Below are positions 60,107 to 64,000 of a stretch of 64,000 nucleotides of DNA, one piece after another. The notes beneath the pieces are model-generated. The model saw only the letters and a list, made by a program, of their open reading frames with translations, made no database searches and was not told where the DNA came from. The DNA is taken from contig RHPI01001715.1 in assembly GCA_009103225.1 (NCBI GenBank), positions 655,042 to 719,041 on the forward strand, written 5' to 3'. Both the position numbers and the translations under genes were made by a program. The number at the start of each line of letters is the position of its first letter. Position 1 is the stretch's first letter. Source of the stretch: Chlorokybus atmophyticus (lineage: Eukaryota; Plantae; Mesostigma and Chlorokybus algae).

Positions 60107-61200
60107 CAATCTAACCTCGATAAGTGCATACCATCGGGAACGGGCATATGTATGCACTTATCGCGTTTATGCATCCTTTTTATGTGCATAGATTATGCAC
60201 CCGCTTTAAGTGCATACATTATGCACTTGAGCTTGGCATAAATGCATAATTTATGCACTTGTTCAATAAACTTAACCCTGAGTTACGTTGTAACGTGTAC
60301 GACCGTAACTATAATACATTGTAAATTTAATGCATCTGTAACTCAAGCATAATCTACCTTGATAAGTGCATAGACACTCCAGATGTGCCGGTGCGCGTGC
60401 CTTGTCACTTGTGAATTGATCCCATCAACAACCCTCTCACCAAGACACGGTATTCACCGGAACCTTGCCCCCTCTGCCAAGCACACACGCGCGCCGCGCC
60501 ACTCGCGTACGCACGCGTATGCGCTCGAAGCTACACACCAACTTGTGTAGCGCCTTAGATCGTCACACAAGCAAGCACACACCAGTGGACACACGCTAAC
60601 AACCCCTGGTAGCCACCACCAAGCTTGCACACCAGAAACTAGGGAGCTAAAGGTTGTATTGCAAATTGTAGAATGTCACCTTTATACCTACCAGTCTGCA
60701 AATGCTACTGTTTAGACGATTGTAGCGCTAGACGGAACTAGAAGCTAGGATATTCTTGCAGAATCTTGTAGTACACTTCTAGACCTTTCCGATGCACCAA
60801 AGATCTTTTGATTTGCTGCTTATATGGTCAAGTTACTACTTGGCGCCAGGCCCTTCCAGAAATCTGGTCGAGCCCTTCTCGACTGGCCCTCCCGGAGTCC
60901 GTTATTTGGCGACTTCCCTGTGCCGGTCGATATCTGCGGCAGACTCGCAACTCGCCGATATCCGCCACAAGTCATGAAAAACATGATACCTCACAAATAA
61001 GGCCTAAAATGGCCATAAGTATCACGAAGTTTGGCCTTGACTGTTACACCAAAGGTTATGCATCTCATAGAATGCGCTTACCAGTAAAAGCATATGCTCT
61101 TAACGCACAGGTCGTCCCCCAGAAGACGTCAGTAATGGCCGAATATATGCATTAAACGCGGATATGCACTGTCGGATATGCACTTATCGAGGTTAGACTG
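60107..61200. mobile_element. Non-autonomous Tc1/mariner (pogo-like) element / MITE with 24-bp TIRs and TA TSD, carrying a nested solo LTR
   Basis: TA|CAATCTAACCTCGATAAGTGCATA (60105-60130) and TATGCACTTATCGAGGTTAGACTG|TA (61177-61202), one mismatch. Internal repeats of AGTGCATA/TATGCACT. Confidence 0.85.
60384..61048 (-). mobile_element. Solo LTR (665 bp), same family as 41003-41670, opposite orientation
   Basis: The minus strand begins TGTAACAG and ends GGCACA. Flanked by CCAGA (60379-60383) and CCAAA (61049-61053), a 5-bp TSD with one mismatch. Confidence 0.85.
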
Positions 61201-61526
61201 TAGGCCTAATGCCAGCGACTTTACCGGTACACGCGTCCAAGTTTAGGCAGCAAGTTGCGCTTGCCAGGCGCAAGCCAGCCATTAGGAGCACGTTCTCTGT
61301 GACTTCCACCAAAAATTTCCCAACCGTAAGTGAGAGTTAGGAGAGGTTTGATAATATTCCATTAGCAGCTGTCAGAAGGGTGCTTCTGCTCGATATACCA
61401 TATCGGATATAGTGCAACAGTTGTCGTTATCAGCTACATAATTTATATGTATCAAACAATTTATACTTTAGGACGAGCATTATTAAGAGTACATTTGTTG
61501 AAATGGTGAATGCGGCTGAATGGGCG

Positions 61527-61529
<3 letters not shown>

Positions 61530-61568
<39 letters not shown>
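61530..61568. repeat. (AC)n microsatellite
   Basis: Directly visible. Confidence 0.95.
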
Positions 61569-61573
<5 letters not shown>

Positions 61574-62412
61574 CACGAGGTGACCTTTCGCTGGCTGGCG
61601 ATCATCGGTTTACTGTATAATTCGCCGAAAATCTACGTGAACGCGTCACGTCACTCCCATTGCGACGCAACGTGTGGACGTGTGAATTCAGTTGACACGA
61701 TGTCGTCAAATATGCGACCATGTTGTGTTACGTCGCGTGATCGAACACTTTTACAATCGCTGCTACTCAACTTTGGTACATGCAGTGAACTTGGTCGTGT
61801 GACGCTCGGCCGATGACTATAATCCAGCGACATTGGATTTGTCGTCATTGGATGCCGTCGATGGCCGTGTATTACTATCGATAATCCCCCCAATGTTGCT
61901 CATGTTACCTATCGTCGTTGTTGCTGTTATTAATTTGCGCAGGTGTTGCTCGGAGCCGTATCATGGATGTTACATGGTGTGTATTGAGATTGGTGTACTT
62001 TGCAAGGTAGGACTACAGATGCTGCCTGGGCAAAGCTCGTGGAGTCTGTGCTTTTTTATAGCGGGTGGTGCCTATCTGACTTTTGAGATGCTGCGTGTAA
62101 AGCCATTGATGCCATTGAGTGTGCACCTGACACCCTTTCCAATCACGAGCAGGCTTGAATATTTATGGTTGAGGCCAGTGGTTGTGTACGTGATCATCAG
62201 AGTACATTATGTCAGTTAAAGCGAATGGTTGTCCCTGAAGGAGTCCGTGGCAATATTTTTCCCCTGCCGGCCGACCTAATATTGGCAACGGCCGTGCACC
62301 TAAGAGTACTTAATTAAACTGTCGTAGCTCAGTCCACTTGTAATCTCGATACAAGGACCTGGGTATAACGGCCGTCCCCGGCCGTTTGCACAAAGCGACT
62401 GACTTGGGCGGA

Positions 62413-62591
62413 CAGGTACCTGTTAGTTACATACCCGTTAGGCAAAAGGGACTTAACCGGTACCTGTTAGTTAAGTACAGTCAATGTACCGGTGACTGTA
62501 CACTAACTCAGTGTGACTAACAGGTACCTCATGGTACCTTTTCCCTACCAACCGTTATTGATAGGTACGTCCAAAGGTACCTGTGGGTACC
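62413..62591. repeat. Array of GGTACC-cored short repeats in both orientations (possible transposon subterminal region)
   Basis: GGTACC at 62415, 62459, 62523, 62533, 62576, 62586. The longer unit GGTACCTGTTAGTTA occurs twice direct, and TAACAGGTACC occurs once inverted. Confidence 0.7.
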
Positions 62592-62949
62592 GTTTTCGGT
62601 CATGATTAGATACTCACATGCGTGACAAGCAAGACGGCGACTTAAATATAAAATATAACAATATCTATTGCAAGTGATAAAAGCACTACAATGTATGCAC
62701 AATCTGAACTACCTATTGTGAGCTTCTACTACCATTACTACTACCCTAGTCTAAGGCCTTAATAGAAACCGGCGCTCCTGCACCGCGCTCCACTTCCGCC
62801 ATCGCTCCTTATCCACCGCCGCTCCTGCAAAGCACAAGGCAATTAACCAAGCGCAGTCAACAGCAATATACACAACCTTCACACTCGCATGCTGTCGCTT
62901 ACCATACCGCCGCCGCCGCCGCCGCCGCTGCCGCCGCTGCCGCCGCTGA

Positions 62950-64000
62950 CCTGTTCAACACTTCAAGCCGTTGAGCGTTTGTCGGTGTCATAAGGCATGA
63001 TGTGTTTATCTATTATCATCGTGGACATGCGCGTAATATGTACGCATAAAGTATGACAAGTGTGATGATACCAGAATTGCATGTGTGTACATTTCAATTA
63101 CGCATATATGCAATTAAATGCTGATTGTTGCAACATCATCAGGATTGCATGTGATGTATATGAGCAACACATCATTGTGTTGTGTTGCGGATGCATAAGT
63201 TGTGCCGCATAATTGATAACATTGTGATAATGTTATCCGTTGGCAAACCTCAATTACTTGCGTATGCTGTATGTTCGAACACAATGTGAAATAAACCGTA
63301 ATCCGGCGTATAACTACCATTAAACACATACATTACGATCCAAAACCAAATATGAATCTCAGAGTAGTTTCATTTGTAATTGTAAGGCATTGTGTTACAA
63401 GCTATAAAAAAGTAGAGACTAAGCATTTTTTTAACTTTTACGTTCATGATAGAAAAAGGTTAAAACTAATATTATTATTTGTGAACGTGAGTGTGGGTTG
63501 TAATGTATATGTCAGTATACTATGCACACAATTGTGCATGTGTACATTGCGCATGTATATCTGCGCATAGTGTTATATAGCACTTTGCATGCTAGTATGT
63601 ATAATGAAAAATTGCTAAATGCAGTGGTTACGTGCATTATATTATTTGTAATGCAATTATTAAATGTAAGTACTATACTTTAAATCACATGTACCAATAC
63701 TATTTGTATCAATCTTTGCTTAGTGCATATCATTATGATCATGCCCTTATGCGGTCAAGCATGCACCCACCCACTTCATGCATCATCAATGGTGCATGCA
63801 TCATGCTTGTGCATTGCTAGCATTGTGTATGGCACAACAATATAATGTGCTAATCTTGTAAACACACGCATGCGGTACATCCCGTAAACATCAATCATGA
63901 CCTTAAGCAAGAATGATGTGATACTTGTAAGCTTCATTATGACAATTAAAATATAATATATATATAATATATATATATTATATATATATAATATATATAT
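62950..64000. other. AT-rich decayed tract ending in a (TA)-rich microsatellite
   Basis: Low GC, stop-rich in all frames, TA repeat from about 63950 to the window end. Confidence 0.45.

Noticed and set aside
63114-63329. LLIYITCNP on the minus strand, reminiscent of Helitron Rep (LFITFTCNP)
   Set aside because: Only a partial match, the following Trp is absent, and no other Rep/helicase motifs are present.

Overview
This is intron-rich nuclear DNA of a plastid-bearing eukaryote, most likely a green alga (Chlorophyta). The evidence is an ALAD with a chloroplast-type transit peptide, plant-type NDUFB10/NUP50/WD40 orthologues, GT(GC)-AG introns with GCAG acceptors, and standard stop codons. About 14 host genes can be assembled by hand: a partial EamA/DMT transporter, a Zn-finger/PHD + SAP30 Sin3-binding protein, SDH2, NUP50-like, a RING-CH E3 ligase, SSU72, NDUFB10, UDP-glucose 4-epimerase, a conserved WD40-like protein, a Cys-type SELENOM homologue, an unrecognised probably secreted protein, ALAD/HEMB, PGM and a secretory sulfotransferase. 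The accessory content is the most interesting part. (1) An apparently intact Penelope-like retroelement with the permuted architecture (N-terminal GIY-YIG endonuclease, then RT; Naiad/Chlamys type), flanked by an exact 32-bp direct repeat. (2) A decayed DIRS-type retrotransposon (gag-like, RT, RNase H, methyltransferase-like) whose tyrosine recombinase is on the opposite strand and is interrupted by a solo LTR and a 141-bp fold-back. (3) A second, inverted copy of the same solo LTR nested in a pogo-like Tc1/mariner MITE. (4) Several AT-rich decayed tracts, hairpins and motif arrays. All exon joins, alignments and family assignments were made by eye and from memory of family motifs, without database searches. 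Element boundaries not marked by TSDs or TIRs are approximate.
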